Shown here piece after piece: positions 1 through 8,702 of a stretch of 64,000 bases of DNA. The stretch is from positions 2,559 through 66,558 of the forward strand of contig JAPOXD010000021.1 of the NCBI GenBank assembly GCA_026707285.1. Direction: 5' to 3'. The position numbers and the translations under genes were made by a program. Source of the DNA: Chloroflexota bacterium. GTDB taxonomy: Bacteria; Chloroflexota; UBA11872. The notes beneath the pieces were generated by a model, which was not told where the DNA came from, ran no database searches, and saw nothing but the letters and a program-made list of their open reading frames with translations. How positions within the stretch are numbered: position 1 is the first letter of the stretch; every line of letters begins with the position of its first letter.

Positions 1-294
1 CAGTTGCAGGTGTTGCCGAACGGCGTGCTGGCGTGCTCATCCGGGCGCGGGGCCTACGGCCATCCCCAGGTGACGCACGTGATGATCAGCATCGACGGCA
101 CCGGGCAGCGCTGGGAGCCGCCGTTCTGCTTCCACACCGGCCCGGGCTGCTCTTACACGACCACCATGCAGCGCGACGGCAAGCTGCACGTGATCTTCTC
201 GGACTCCGACTTCACCCGCGACATGGGGACGCACGGACTCCCCGTGCAACGCATTCGCCGGGCCGTGATCGATATCTCGACCGACGCCGCATGA
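1..294 (+). CDS. BNR/Asp-box (sialidase-like) repeat protein, C-terminal fragment (5' end outside window); near-identical to the C-terminus of the next gene
   Basis: ORF 4..294 translation aligns residue-by-residue with aa 315-408 of the 314..1540 product (QVLPNGVLAC..GRGAYG.PQVTHVM..DGTG..WE.PF.FHTGPGCSYTTTMQRDGKLHV.FS.SDFTR.MGTH.LP). Confidence 0.6.
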   Translation, partial: QLQVLPNGVLACSSGRGAYGHPQVTHVMISIDGTGQRWEPPFCFHTGPGCSYTTTMQRDGKLHVIFSDSDFTRDMGTHGLPVQRIRRAVIDISTDAA

Positions 295-328
295 GCACCG
301 CTCATTCAGCCCCATGCAGGGAGCAGCC

Positions 329-1540
329 ATGATCAACCAGGCCAGCTACAGCGACGGCACCCGCACCGCCACCATCACCCTCGAGCGCATCGACACCTGG
401 CTCGAAGAGGACCAAACGGTCATCAACTTCCCCGGCGTCGTCCCGCTCGACGGCGACCGGCTGTTCATGACCATTCACTGGTCGCGGCACGGCGACGAGG
501 GCAAGTTTGGCGACCCCACCCGCGCCTACCTTTCCGATGACGCCGGCGAGACGTGGTCCGAAGCCCCGCGAGACTTCCCCATGGTCACCCGCGACCCCCG
601 CACCGGTTGGATGACCGAGAACTGGGACTCGGGCGCGTGGGGGTACCTGCGCGACGGCTCGATCGCCCGCGTCGATCACAACACGCACAAGCAGCACACG
701 CTGGGCCACGACCGCTCGCAGGGGCACATGCACGAGCGCTTCCAGCAGGAAGACCCGGAGTTTCGCTGGCACCGCTACGCCCGCGACGGCTCCAAGCTGG
801 AGCACTGGACGTTCAAGGTCGACGAGACGCCGCGCGAGCGGGCGTCCTACCAGTGCTATTCCCGCATCCTGGAGCTGGACGACGGCGACATCCTTGTGGC
901 GCTGGAGTGGGTCGACCTGCTGTCCGAGTCCGAGCAGCACATCGACGGGAGCGGGCGCGTGCGCAAGTTCCGTTTCGGCACCTTCATCGTGCGCTCCAGC
1001 GACCGCGGGCGGACGTGGAAATCAGTCGCGACGTTCGATCCGGCGGTGGTCAACCCGGTCTACGGCATTTTCGACCGCGGGGTGGACGAGGGCCTGGACG
1101 AGGCCGACCTGGCCGTGCTGCCGAACGGCGACATCCTCTGCGTGATGCGCACGGACTCGTATGCGCCGATGTTCCAGGCGCGCTCACGCGACGGCGGCCA
1201 CACCTGGAGCGAGCCGGAGTCGACCGGCTGGCAGGGCGTGAAGCCGCGGCTGGAAGTGCTGCCAAACGGCGTGCTGGCCTGCGCGGCGGGACGCGGCGCC
1301 TACGGCAACCCCCAGGTGACCCACGTGATGCTGAGCCTCGACGGCACGGGCAACCACTGGGAATCGCCGTTCTACTTCCACACCGGCCCCGGCTGCTCCT
1401 ACACAACCACCATGCAGCGCGACGGCAAGCTGCACGTGATGTTCTCCCACTCCGACTTCACCCGCGAAATGGGTACCCACGCCCTGCCGAATCAGAAGAT
1501 CCGACGGGCCGTGCTGGACGTGCAGCTGAGCGAGGGGTAG
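329..1540 (+). CDS. BNR/Asp-box repeat glycosidase-like protein (sialidase/neuraminidase fold), no signal peptide
   Basis: Asp-box motifs SDDAGETWSE, SSDRGRTWKS, SRDGGHTWSEP (S-x-D-x-G-x-T-W); gggag RBS 6-7 nt upstream of the ATG at 329 (the ORF opens at 314). Confidence 0.6.
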   Translation: MINQASYSDGTRTATITLERIDTWLEEDQTVINFPGVVPLDGDRLFMTIHWSRHGDEGKFGDPTRAYLSDDAGETWSEAPRDFPMVTRDPRTGWMTENWDSGAWGYLRDGSIARVDHNTHKQHTLGHDRSQGHMHERFQQEDPEFRWHRYARDGSKLEHWTFKVDETPRERASYQCYSRILELDDGDILVALEWVDLLSESEQHIDGSGRVRKFRFGTFIVRSSDRGRTWKSVATFDPAVVNPVYGIFDRGVDEGLDEADLAVLPNGDILCVMRTDSYAPMFQARSRDGGHTWSEPESTGWQGVKPRLEVLPNGVLACAAGRGAYGNPQVTHVMLSLDGTGNHWESPFYFHTGPGCSYTTTMQRDGKLHVMFSHSDFTREMGTHALPNQKIRRAVLDVQLSEG

Positions 1541-1550
1541 GACTAGCCGA

Positions 1551-2549
1551 CTACTGGATGAGTCCTGCTCCCGCGGCACCGGCAAAGTACGTCGGGAAGT
1601 ACCGGGCGCAGTGCTCCCCCAACCACTCGACACTGAGCCGCACCCAGAGCTGCGGGTCGCGGTCGGGGAGGCAGGGCGGCTCCAGGCAGACGGGAATGGC
1701 GTCGGGGTCGGGCGCGCCGGCTTGCAGAATCGCGAAGATTTCGGCGATCTCGACGCTGCCGTAGCCTACCGGCGCGTGGAAGAACTTGGGCTCGCCGGTG
1801 GTAGTGATGGATTGCACGCGCATGTCGCGCAGGTGCGCCATCGCGACATACGGCGCGGCGAGCCGGGCCGCCTCGACCTGGTCCTCGACAACCGCCAGGC
1901 TGTTGGCGAAGTCGTAGTTGATCCGCAGCCACGGCGACGCGACGCCTTGGACCACCGGCACGATCTCGCTGATGCGGTAGTCCATGTGGTTCTCGAAGGC
2001 CAGCACGATTCCCAGGTCTTCCGCGACGCGCACGAGGTCCCGCAGGTTCGCGATCATGCAGTCGATCTGGACGGCGATCGGCACTTCACGGCTGAAGTGC
2101 CCGAAGCGCAATCCGCCGTTGGGCACGGGCTGCCCGGGCGGTCCCGGCGGATCGGCGTTGACGATTTCGGTGAGGCGGCAGCCGCCGGCGTGCAGAATCT
2201 CGAGGCTGCGGACGGCCTCCGCGCGCACGGCCGGCCATTCGTCGGGTTCGACCGCCCAAGCGCCGCTGACCGACCCGACCCACTCGAGACCGCGCTCGGC
2301 CATGCGGCGCCCGGTGGCTGCGCTGGCCTCGGTGTCGTCGAACCAGCTGCTCCCCATGTGCAGCGCTTCGAACCTGTGCTCCACGCAGCGGTCGATCCAC
2401 CAGTCCACGTGGTCGTCGAGCCCCGCCGGTCCCACGGTGGTGGTGCCGTAGGGATAGCGCATGCCACGGAAGCCGAACTCGGGCCGGTCGATGCGCAGGC
2501 CCGGATAGGACACCCAGCGATAGGCCGCCTGCGAGCCGCCGAGCCTCAT
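1551..2549 (-). CDS. sugar phosphate isomerase/epimerase (xylose-isomerase-like TIM barrel)
   Basis: LAFENH metal-binding motif and overall AP_endonuc_2 / xylose isomerase-like pattern; most likely start at the internal ATG (MRLGGSQAAY..) at 2549. Confidence 0.65.
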   Translation of the reverse strand: MRLGGSQAAYRWVSYPGLRIDRPEFGFRGMRYPYGTTTVGPAGLDDHVDWWIDRCVEHRFEALHMGSSWFDDTEASAATGRRMAERGLEWVGSVSGAWAVEPDEWPAVRAEAVRSLEILHAGGCRLTEIVNADPPGPPGQPVPNGGLRFGHFSREVPIAVQIDCMIANLRDLVRVAEDLGIVLAFENHMDYRISEIVPVVQGVASPWLRINYDFANSLAVVEDQVEAARLAAPYVAMAHLRDMRVQSITTTGEPKFFHAPVGYGSVEIAEIFAILQAGAPDPDAIPVCLEPPCLPDRDPQLWVRLSVEWLGEHCARYFPTYFAGAAGAGLIQ

Positions 2550-2574
2550 GACCTGGCTCTCCGAATGGCGTTTC

Positions 2575-3621
2575 CTAGACCCACCCGTGATCGGGGTGAA
2601 TCGGCGTGCCGCTGGTTTGGTGGGTCCACTCCGTGCCGCCTTCCAGCACGACTTCCCGGCCCGTGATCGCGGACTGCTCGGCAGCGAACAGGATCTCCAT
2701 AATGTGACGCGCATACGGCCCGTGCGTGGGCGGCTCGATGTCGCGCGCGATGCTCTCGGCGAAGGTCCGCCATTCATCGGTGAACTCGGCGGGCGGGTGC
2801 GTGAACGGCACGTCTTCCCACACGTCGTCCTTGCCGACGCGCAGGTACTCCTCGTAGTGGTGGCTGAACTTCAGCGTGCCGTTGGCGCAGATCACGTGGC
2901 TCGAATAGTCCGACGCGCCGTCGGCAAAGCCCACGGCGACCGCCACGCCCGCCCGACCGTTCTTGTAGCGCACGAAGATCACGTCCGAGTCGTCGCTGGC
3001 CTGGTAGTGCGCGTGGGTGCCGACGGCTGCCGACACGGACATGGCCTGCGAGCCCATGAGCCACGTGAGGCGGTCGACGACATGCATGCCGTTTGCCAGC
3101 AACATGCCGCCGCCGTGGAAGCGGCTGCGGTATTGCGGCCGGCGGTCCGCATGGTTCCAGTTCTTGGACATGTAGCAGACCGCGGTGATGACTGGTCCGA
3201 GCTGACCCGAATCGAGAATCGACTTGGCGGTGATGCTGGTCGGATAGAAGTGCTGCGTGAGCCCGACCATGAGCTTGCGGTTGTTGGCGTCGGCGGCGGC
3301 GATCATGGCGTCGCACTGGTCCAGGCTGAGGGCCATGGGCTTCTCGACCAGCACGTGCTTGCCGGCGTTCAGTGAGTCGACCGTCAGGCGATGGTGCAGC
3401 TGGTGTCCCAGCACCACCGCCACTGCGTCGACATCGTCGTCCTGCAGCAGCTCGGTGTGTGAGACGTAGCCCCGGGGAATGTCGTATTGGCGCATGTAGC
3501 GCTGCCGCGGCTCTTCCAGCAGGTCGGCCACGGCAATGACGCGCACGTCGTCCAGCGTGGCGATCGCCTCACAGTGCGAGCGCGCGATGCCGCCCAGTCC
3601 GATGATCCCGACGTTCAGCAT
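2575..3621 (-). CDS. Gfo/Idh/MocA family NAD(P)-dependent oxidoreductase
   Basis: N-terminal Rossmann motif MLNVGIIGLGGIARSHCEAI..; EKPMALSLDQCDAMI core typical of the Gfo/Idh/MocA family. Confidence 0.85.
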   Translation of the reverse strand: MLNVGIIGLGGIARSHCEAIATLDDVRVIAVADLLEEPRQRYMRQYDIPRGYVSHTELLQDDDVDAVAVVLGHQLHHRLTVDSLNAGKHVLVEKPMALSLDQCDAMIAAADANNRKLMVGLTQHFYPTSITAKSILDSGQLGPVITAVCYMSKNWNHADRRPQYRSRFHGGGMLLANGMHVVDRLTWLMGSQAMSVSAAVGTHAHYQASDDSDVIFVRYKNGRAGVAVAVGFADGASDYSSHVICANGTLKFSHHYEEYLRVGKDDVWEDVPFTHPPAEFTDEWRTFAESIARDIEPPTHGPYARHIMEILFAAEQSAITGREVVLEGGTEWTHQTSGTPIHPDHGWV

Positions 3622-3681
3622 GGAGCCACCATCCCTAACCGCCCGGCCAACGCGCCGGACGGCTCAAGGATGCCCTCTCGC

Positions 3682-4989
3682 CTACTCCTCGTACCACCCC
3701 GACCCGAAGAGCAATCCGTCGTGCCGAATCACCCAGGAGTGCTTGACCTGGTGCCGCCCGGTATCCGGATTCACGAATACGTAGTCCACCCAGATACCGT
3801 GCTCGTCGGCCTCCAGCATCTCGAGACCATAGATGCGCCCCGTGATGTCCGTCCCCAACGGCCCCTTCAGGTCGTCACCGCGCAGACTCGGGTCCGGATG
3901 CGTCAGCATGCGGTCGGCTTCGTCGAAGATGAAGACGTACCACTGGCCCTCGAGGCTCTCGGGCGTGTTGTAGTGCGCCACGGTCGCGTCCAGTCCCTCG
4001 GCGTTGTAGCGGCTGACGGCACGGGCGACGAACGCCTGGGTAAACGTCGCCGGATCGTCTTCGCGCGAAATGGGCTCATACCAGCCGGAAGCGAACGACA
4101 AGCCGTCATGCTTGATGACCCACGTGTGCTTCCGCTCCGGCTCGCCGGTGACTGGGTTGACGAACACGTAGTCCACCCAGCGCCCGTTCTCGTCGGCCGC
4201 CACCACCTCCAGCCCATATGGCTTGCCGGTGATGTCGGAGCGCACGGCCGGCGTGGTCCCCACGAAGTCCGGGCGGGCGGGATTGGCCAGCACGTAGCCG
4301 TCTTCGTCCAGCAGGAACACGTACCACGGGCCGTCAATGCTCTCGGTGGACTGGTGATAGGCGATGGACGCTTCGCGCCCGCCGGCGTTGTAGCGACTGA
4401 TGGCGGAGGCCACCACGGCCTGCGTGTAGGTCGCCGGATCGCCCTCGCGCGAGATGGGTTCGTACCAGCCGGACGCGAACGACAACCCGTCGTGCTTGAT
4501 GACCCAGGTGTGCTTGCGCTCCGGCTCGCCGGTGACCGGGTTGACGAACACGTAGTCCACCCAGCGCCCGTTCTCATCCGCCGCCACCACTTCCAGCCCG
4601 TAGGGCTTGCCGGTGATGTCGGAGCGCACCGCCGGCGTCGTGCCCACGAAGTCCGGGCGGGCGGGATTGGCCAGGACGTAGCCGTTCTCGTCGAGCAGGA
4701 ACACGTACCACGGCCCGTCGATGCTCTCCTTGGATTGGTGATAGGCGATCGAGGCCTCACGCCCGTCGGCGTCGTAGCGATCGATGGCCTCCTGCACGAC
4801 GTGCTGGGTGTAGCCGGCCGGATCGGCCACGCGCATCACCGCGTCGTCGATCATCTCCTGGGACTCGTCGCGGCTAACCCCCGTCGTCCCGGCGATCGCA
4901 ATGATGAGCGCGACGATCGCGAGGATGCCGGCGACGGTCGCCAGGATCGAATCTCCGTTGGCCCTTGTGCGTTCCCAGATTTCCTGCAT
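3682..4989 (-). CDS. membrane-anchored extracytoplasmic protein with three tandem Cache (sCache-like) domains and no output domain
   Basis: N-terminal TM helix (ILATVAGILAIVALIIAIAG), then three ~125-aa repeats each containing Y.QSxESIDGPWYVF..DE.GYVLANP..PDFVG......D..GKPYG, a Cache-domain signature; gaggaa RBS before the ATG at 4989. Confidence 0.6.
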   Translation of the reverse strand: MQEIWERTRANGDSILATVAGILAIVALIIAIAGTTGVSRDESQEMIDDAVMRVADPAGYTQHVVQEAIDRYDADGREASIAYHQSKESIDGPWYVFLLDENGYVLANPARPDFVGTTPAVRSDITGKPYGLEVVAADENGRWVDYVFVNPVTGEPERKHTWVIKHDGLSFASGWYEPISREGDPATYTQAVVASAISRYNAGGREASIAYHQSTESIDGPWYVFLLDEDGYVLANPARPDFVGTTPAVRSDITGKPYGLEVVAADENGRWVDYVFVNPVTGEPERKHTWVIKHDGLSFASGWYEPISREDDPATFTQAFVARAVSRYNAEGLDATVAHYNTPESLEGQWYVFIFDEADRMLTHPDPSLRGDDLKGPLGTDITGRIYGLEMLEADEHGIWVDYVFVNPDTGRHQVKHSWVIRHDGLLFGSGWYEE

Positions 4990-5119
4990 CGCCCGTTCCT
5001 CACGCACTGGCCGGTCGCCGTCGACCGGAAGCCGAGTCATGCCGCCTATCTTGCCACCGAACGTCAACCGGGCGACGGGGCCAGGGTCGCGAAACTTGCC
5101 TTGATTCGGACGCTACGAG

Positions 5120-6418
5120 TCACTCCGGGACGGTCAGAGGCGCCAGCATCTCGTCGGTGATGTACTTGCCCAGCGAAAAGAGCTTGCGGTCGGTGTACCA
5201 GAGGATGCGGCGCCCGTCGCGCTCAGTGAGGCTGGAATACATCGACAGCCACCACATGAAGAGCGGAAATACGCCGACCTTCTGCGTGTCGAACAGCAGC
5301 AGCGGCTGGCTGAACCACACCGGCTGATTGGCGTTCGGCCGGTACTCGCCGACGGCCAGGAACTGCGGGCGGCGGCTCTCCAATGCCAGCGGACCCTTGC
5401 CGCCATAGCCCCAGCCGTCGTGGTTCTGGAAGAGCAGCAGGTAGCGCCCGTCCTCCATCCGATACATCGGCGACGGGGAGTTGGGGTTGAGCATGGGCTC
5501 GCCGCCGTCCTTGAAGCGCAGCACCTCCGTGGGACGCCAGGTGAGGGCCTCGGCGTCGTCGGACACCGTGTACCAGAGCTCGCCGTTGGCGGTGCGCATC
5601 TCGGCAAACAGTCGGCCGTCCGGCAACAGCACCAGCCCCGGCTCCTCGCAGAAGGTATAGCCGTCGGACGCCTGCGGCTCGAAGCTGACCGGCACCTGGA
5701 TGAGGTTCTCGTCCTCGGGCAGCCAGGTGATCTGGACGTCCTTGGGGTCGGGGCCGTCGTCGATGTTCTCGAAACGCAGGAACTCGCAGCGAAACTCGCG
5801 GAACATGCCGTTGGGCCGGTCGCCCATGTGCGGCACGTAGGGCTTGGGCGTGATGTATTGCGCGGCCCAGCGAGTGAGCGCCACGACGTGACGGCCCTTG
5901 GCGTCGCGAATTGGTTTCTGCCACACGATTCCCATGGGCGGCACCGCGGGGTCGGGGTGATCGATGGGCGTGCGGCGGTACTCGATGTCGACCGCGCCGT
6001 CGATCCAGGTGTGGCCGTCGTCGTCCGAGTAGCGGCAGCGCAGCACCGCGTTGAGGGCGTTTTCGCCGTAGCCGACCGAGCGGTTGTAGTAGCAATAGAT
6101 GCGCCCGCTGGACGCAATGACGGGAAATCCGAAGCTGCTGACCTGGCCGGCCGTCCCGGCCTCGTGAATCTGCGCCGGCTCGGTCCAGGTGTGGCCGTGG
6201 TCGGAGCTGCGGGCGAAATAGACGCCGTAGTCGCGCGCGTCGGGCTCGTAGGCCAGGGTCCAGATGGCGAGCAGGTCGCCGCCGGGCGTGTAGTCCACCA
6301 GCACGTGGTCCTGGTGCTCGGGGTGTTCAGGCACCCGCGTGGGCAGGTGAAGCACCAGGTCCGGGTCCGTGCGCCGCCAGTCCTTGCTGTAGCAGGCGTA
6401 GTCGCCTTCAACCGGCAT
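5120..6418 (-). CDS. BNR/Asp-box repeat glycosidase-like protein (second subfamily)
   Basis: Asp-boxes SSDHGHTWTEP, SDDDGHTW; paralog of 8703..10004 (MPVEGDY.C.S.DWRRT.PDLV...). Confidence 0.6.
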   Translation of the reverse strand: MPVEGDYACYSKDWRRTDPDLVLHLPTRVPEHPEHQDHVLVDYTPGGDLLAIWTLAYEPDARDYGVYFARSSDHGHTWTEPAQIHEAGTAGQVSSFGFPVIASSGRIYCYYNRSVGYGENALNAVLRCRYSDDDGHTWIDGAVDIEYRRTPIDHPDPAVPPMGIVWQKPIRDAKGRHVVALTRWAAQYITPKPYVPHMGDRPNGMFREFRCEFLRFENIDDGPDPKDVQITWLPEDENLIQVPVSFEPQASDGYTFCEEPGLVLLPDGRLFAEMRTANGELWYTVSDDAEALTWRPTEVLRFKDGGEPMLNPNSPSPMYRMEDGRYLLLFQNHDGWGYGGKGPLALESRRPQFLAVGEYRPNANQPVWFSQPLLLFDTQKVGVFPLFMWWLSMYSSLTERDGRRILWYTDRKLFSLGKYITDEMLAPLTVPE

Positions 6419-6439
6419 CGGCGTTTTCCCTTCCTCGGG

Positions 6440-8542
6440 CTAGGCCTCGTCGCAGTGGAACACGCCGACGCTCCAGGGCTCCATGGTGACCGGGAAGCCG
6501 TTGTCGTCGAGGGCGACCGGGGCATGCGCGATGAGGTCCGTGACCTCCGACACCGCCCACGCCGGACGCAGCGTGGCGGCGGCTTTCTGCCGCGCCAGGT
6601 TCTGCACGAAGACGAGCCATCCGCCCTGCCGCGAGCGCCGCAGCACCGGCACGATGGGATCGCCGTCGACCGCGACCGGAGCGCTGACTTCCGCGTCGTC
6701 GACCGCCGCCTGCACGACGGCGGGTATGGCGACATCGTCGAAGCCGGCCGACAGCGTGAGGCCGTACCACGTGATGCGGCCGTCGCCGCTGCGCACGGCC
6801 ACGGTGTGATTGCCGATTCGGGCGATGGCCTCGGTCGAGCCGTGGGGCTCGAGGAGGGCGTAGCCGCACGTCGTAGTGACGGGCACCGGGCCGTGAGGGG
6901 TCTCCAGGACGTTCCTCCCGTTCGCGATGTCGCTCTCGGTCACGGCCGAGAAGTCCGCCACACGCACGCCGATCCGGTCGGCGAAGCCCTCCGGCGGGTT
7001 GTAGCTGGACTGGCCGTCATGGGAGTAGGTCCCGAAGCTGCCCTCGATCAGCACCTGCACTTCCGGATTCTCGTCAAGCGTCCGCGCCAGGCGGTCGCGC
7101 GTCGCATCGTCCATCAGCGCCACGTTCGGCAGCACCAGCAGCCGGTAGCCGGACCAATCCATCTTGGGCGTCACCGGGTCCGCCGGGATGCCCCGCAGCC
7201 AGAGCGTGCGGTAGACGCCGCGAAAGTCGGCCATAAAGCGCTCGTCCTGCTGGCCGAACTGGAACAGCTCGTGCGCGTGGGCGTCGTAGACGATGGCTAC
7301 GTCGGCGCGCGGCACCTCCAGTGGCAGGTGGTCGCTCAGGCCCTCGATCTGCTCCAGGGCCTCAACCACCGCGCGGAACCGGGGTGTGGGTTCGCCGTCC
7401 AGGGCCACCATGTTGTAGCCGGGCGACTCGAAGCTCAGGTACTCAGGGCGGTACTGCCAGAACATGGCGCCGGCCGCGCCGCCGATGAGCGTCATCCAAA
7501 GCAGCATGGTCTGCTCGCACGGATGCGACTGCTTCTTCCAGGTCACGCCCCCGCGCGACATGCCGGCGTAGATCTCCTCGTTCCACCAGCGCCCGTTGCG
7601 GCCCACCTGGCGCGACCAGTCGAAGCCAAGGGCCCGGTCGGCGATGAGGTTCGGATCGTCCACGGTGAGCAGGTGGTTTGAGGCCATGGACATGCCCCAG
7701 CTGTCCACCAGTGGCGCGCAGTACTCGTCCTTGGGCTGCGGGCGCCAGCCGCCGTGGGCGCGCTTCTCGTGCACCGGGTCGATGGAGTTGGCCAGGTCCA
7801 TCATCCATTTCAGATAGTCGGCGATGTTCTCGTGATGGAAGCGCCGGTACCAGCGCATTTCGACGACGTTGCGGTTGGATCGCGGCGGCTCAACGTCTTC
7901 CCAGCGGCGGAAGCGGCGGTCGAACACCTCGTTGAGCTCATCCAGGGTGAACTGCTTCCGCAGCCACGCCTTGTACAACGCCAAGGTGTGCACGCAGTAG
8001 CAGGGGAAGCCTTCGCCCTGGGCCGCCCAGGCCGACGACAGGTTCGGCCCGTCCCAGATGCCCCAGATGAGCAGATTGGGCCGGTCCTTGTAGCGGTTGA
8101 TGGCGTGCCGCAGAAAGTCGCCCGCCAGGCGGCGAAACTCGGGGTGGTCGAAGCAATGGACCTGGGCGCCCTGGGCATACGCCGGGTGCGCGTCCTGCAC
8201 GACCAGCTCGTTGCGGTAGTTGACGACCTGCATGTCGGGGTAGTGACGCAGCAGCCAGTCGGGACCGGCGCCGTGAGTGGCCGTGGGCACGTCCAGCCAG
8301 ACGTAGAGCCCGTGCTTCTCGGCGGTGTCGAAAAGCAGGTCGATGTCGTCCATCTCGTAGTGGCCCGGGCTCGGCTCGAACCACTGCCAGTATGGAAACG
8401 AGCGCACGATGCGCAGCCCAGCAGCGCTCAGGCGCGCAAAGTCCTCATCCCAGACCTCGGGCTTGGGCGTGGGCGGGCGGTAGTACTCCACCCCGACGGG
8501 AAACGGCACGCCGGGGATGCCGAATCGGTTGTCCTGGGCCAT
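6440..8542 (-). CDS. beta-galactosidase, glycoside hydrolase family 42-like
   Basis: N-terminal TIM-barrel pattern GVEYYRPPTP.PEVWDEDFARLSAAGLRIVR...W..FEPSPGHYEMDDIDLLFD.AEKHGLYVWL; ~700 aa length fits GH42; alternative upstream start at 8581. Confidence 0.65.
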   Translation of the reverse strand: MAQDNRFGIPGVPFPVGVEYYRPPTPKPEVWDEDFARLSAAGLRIVRSFPYWQWFEPSPGHYEMDDIDLLFDTAEKHGLYVWLDVPTATHGAGPDWLLRHYPDMQVVNYRNELVVQDAHPAYAQGAQVHCFDHPEFRRLAGDFLRHAINRYKDRPNLLIWGIWDGPNLSSAWAAQGEGFPCYCVHTLALYKAWLRKQFTLDELNEVFDRRFRRWEDVEPPRSNRNVVEMRWYRRFHHENIADYLKWMMDLANSIDPVHEKRAHGGWRPQPKDEYCAPLVDSWGMSMASNHLLTVDDPNLIADRALGFDWSRQVGRNGRWWNEEIYAGMSRGGVTWKKQSHPCEQTMLLWMTLIGGAAGAMFWQYRPEYLSFESPGYNMVALDGEPTPRFRAVVEALEQIEGLSDHLPLEVPRADVAIVYDAHAHELFQFGQQDERFMADFRGVYRTLWLRGIPADPVTPKMDWSGYRLLVLPNVALMDDATRDRLARTLDENPEVQVLIEGSFGTYSHDGQSSYNPPEGFADRIGVRVADFSAVTESDIANGRNVLETPHGPVPVTTTCGYALLEPHGSTEAIARIGNHTVAVRSGDGRITWYGLTLSAGFDDVAIPAVVQAAVDDAEVSAPVAVDGDPIVPVLRRSRQGGWLVFVQNLARQKAAATLRPAWAVSEVTDLIAHAPVALDDNGFPVTMEPWSVGVFHCDEA

Positions 8543-8702
8543 CGCCGCACCCCCACAACGCCGCCACCACGTGCCGCGCATGGTACCCGCGTGGGAACGC
8601 GGGCGTGGGGCGCGCTGGAACGTTCGCGCGGGGGCGGGGGACGGACTAGGCTGCGGCTACCTGGGCGGTGCGCGTCCGGGGTGATGGCTAGCGGGGTGTG
8701 TC

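Noticed and set aside
553-1764. 403-aa plus-strand ORF overlapping the BNR gene in another frame. Similar long overlapping ORFs: 302..940, 1611..2666, 2548..3375, 3487..5160, 5134..6735, 5420..7681, 7754..8734, 8688..9440, 11938..13170, 12000..13601, 12320..13867, 15759..16901, 16403..17956, 16905..17912, 17970..18962, 18353..19402, 43111..44349, 45145..46272, 48670..50121, 48686..50149, 50820..52082, 54149..55144, 62336..63454
   Set aside because: These products are Arg/Ala/Pro/Gly-rich and low in complexity. This is typical of non-coding frames in ~70% GC DNA. Each overlaps a gene with clear family-level homology on the same or opposite strand.
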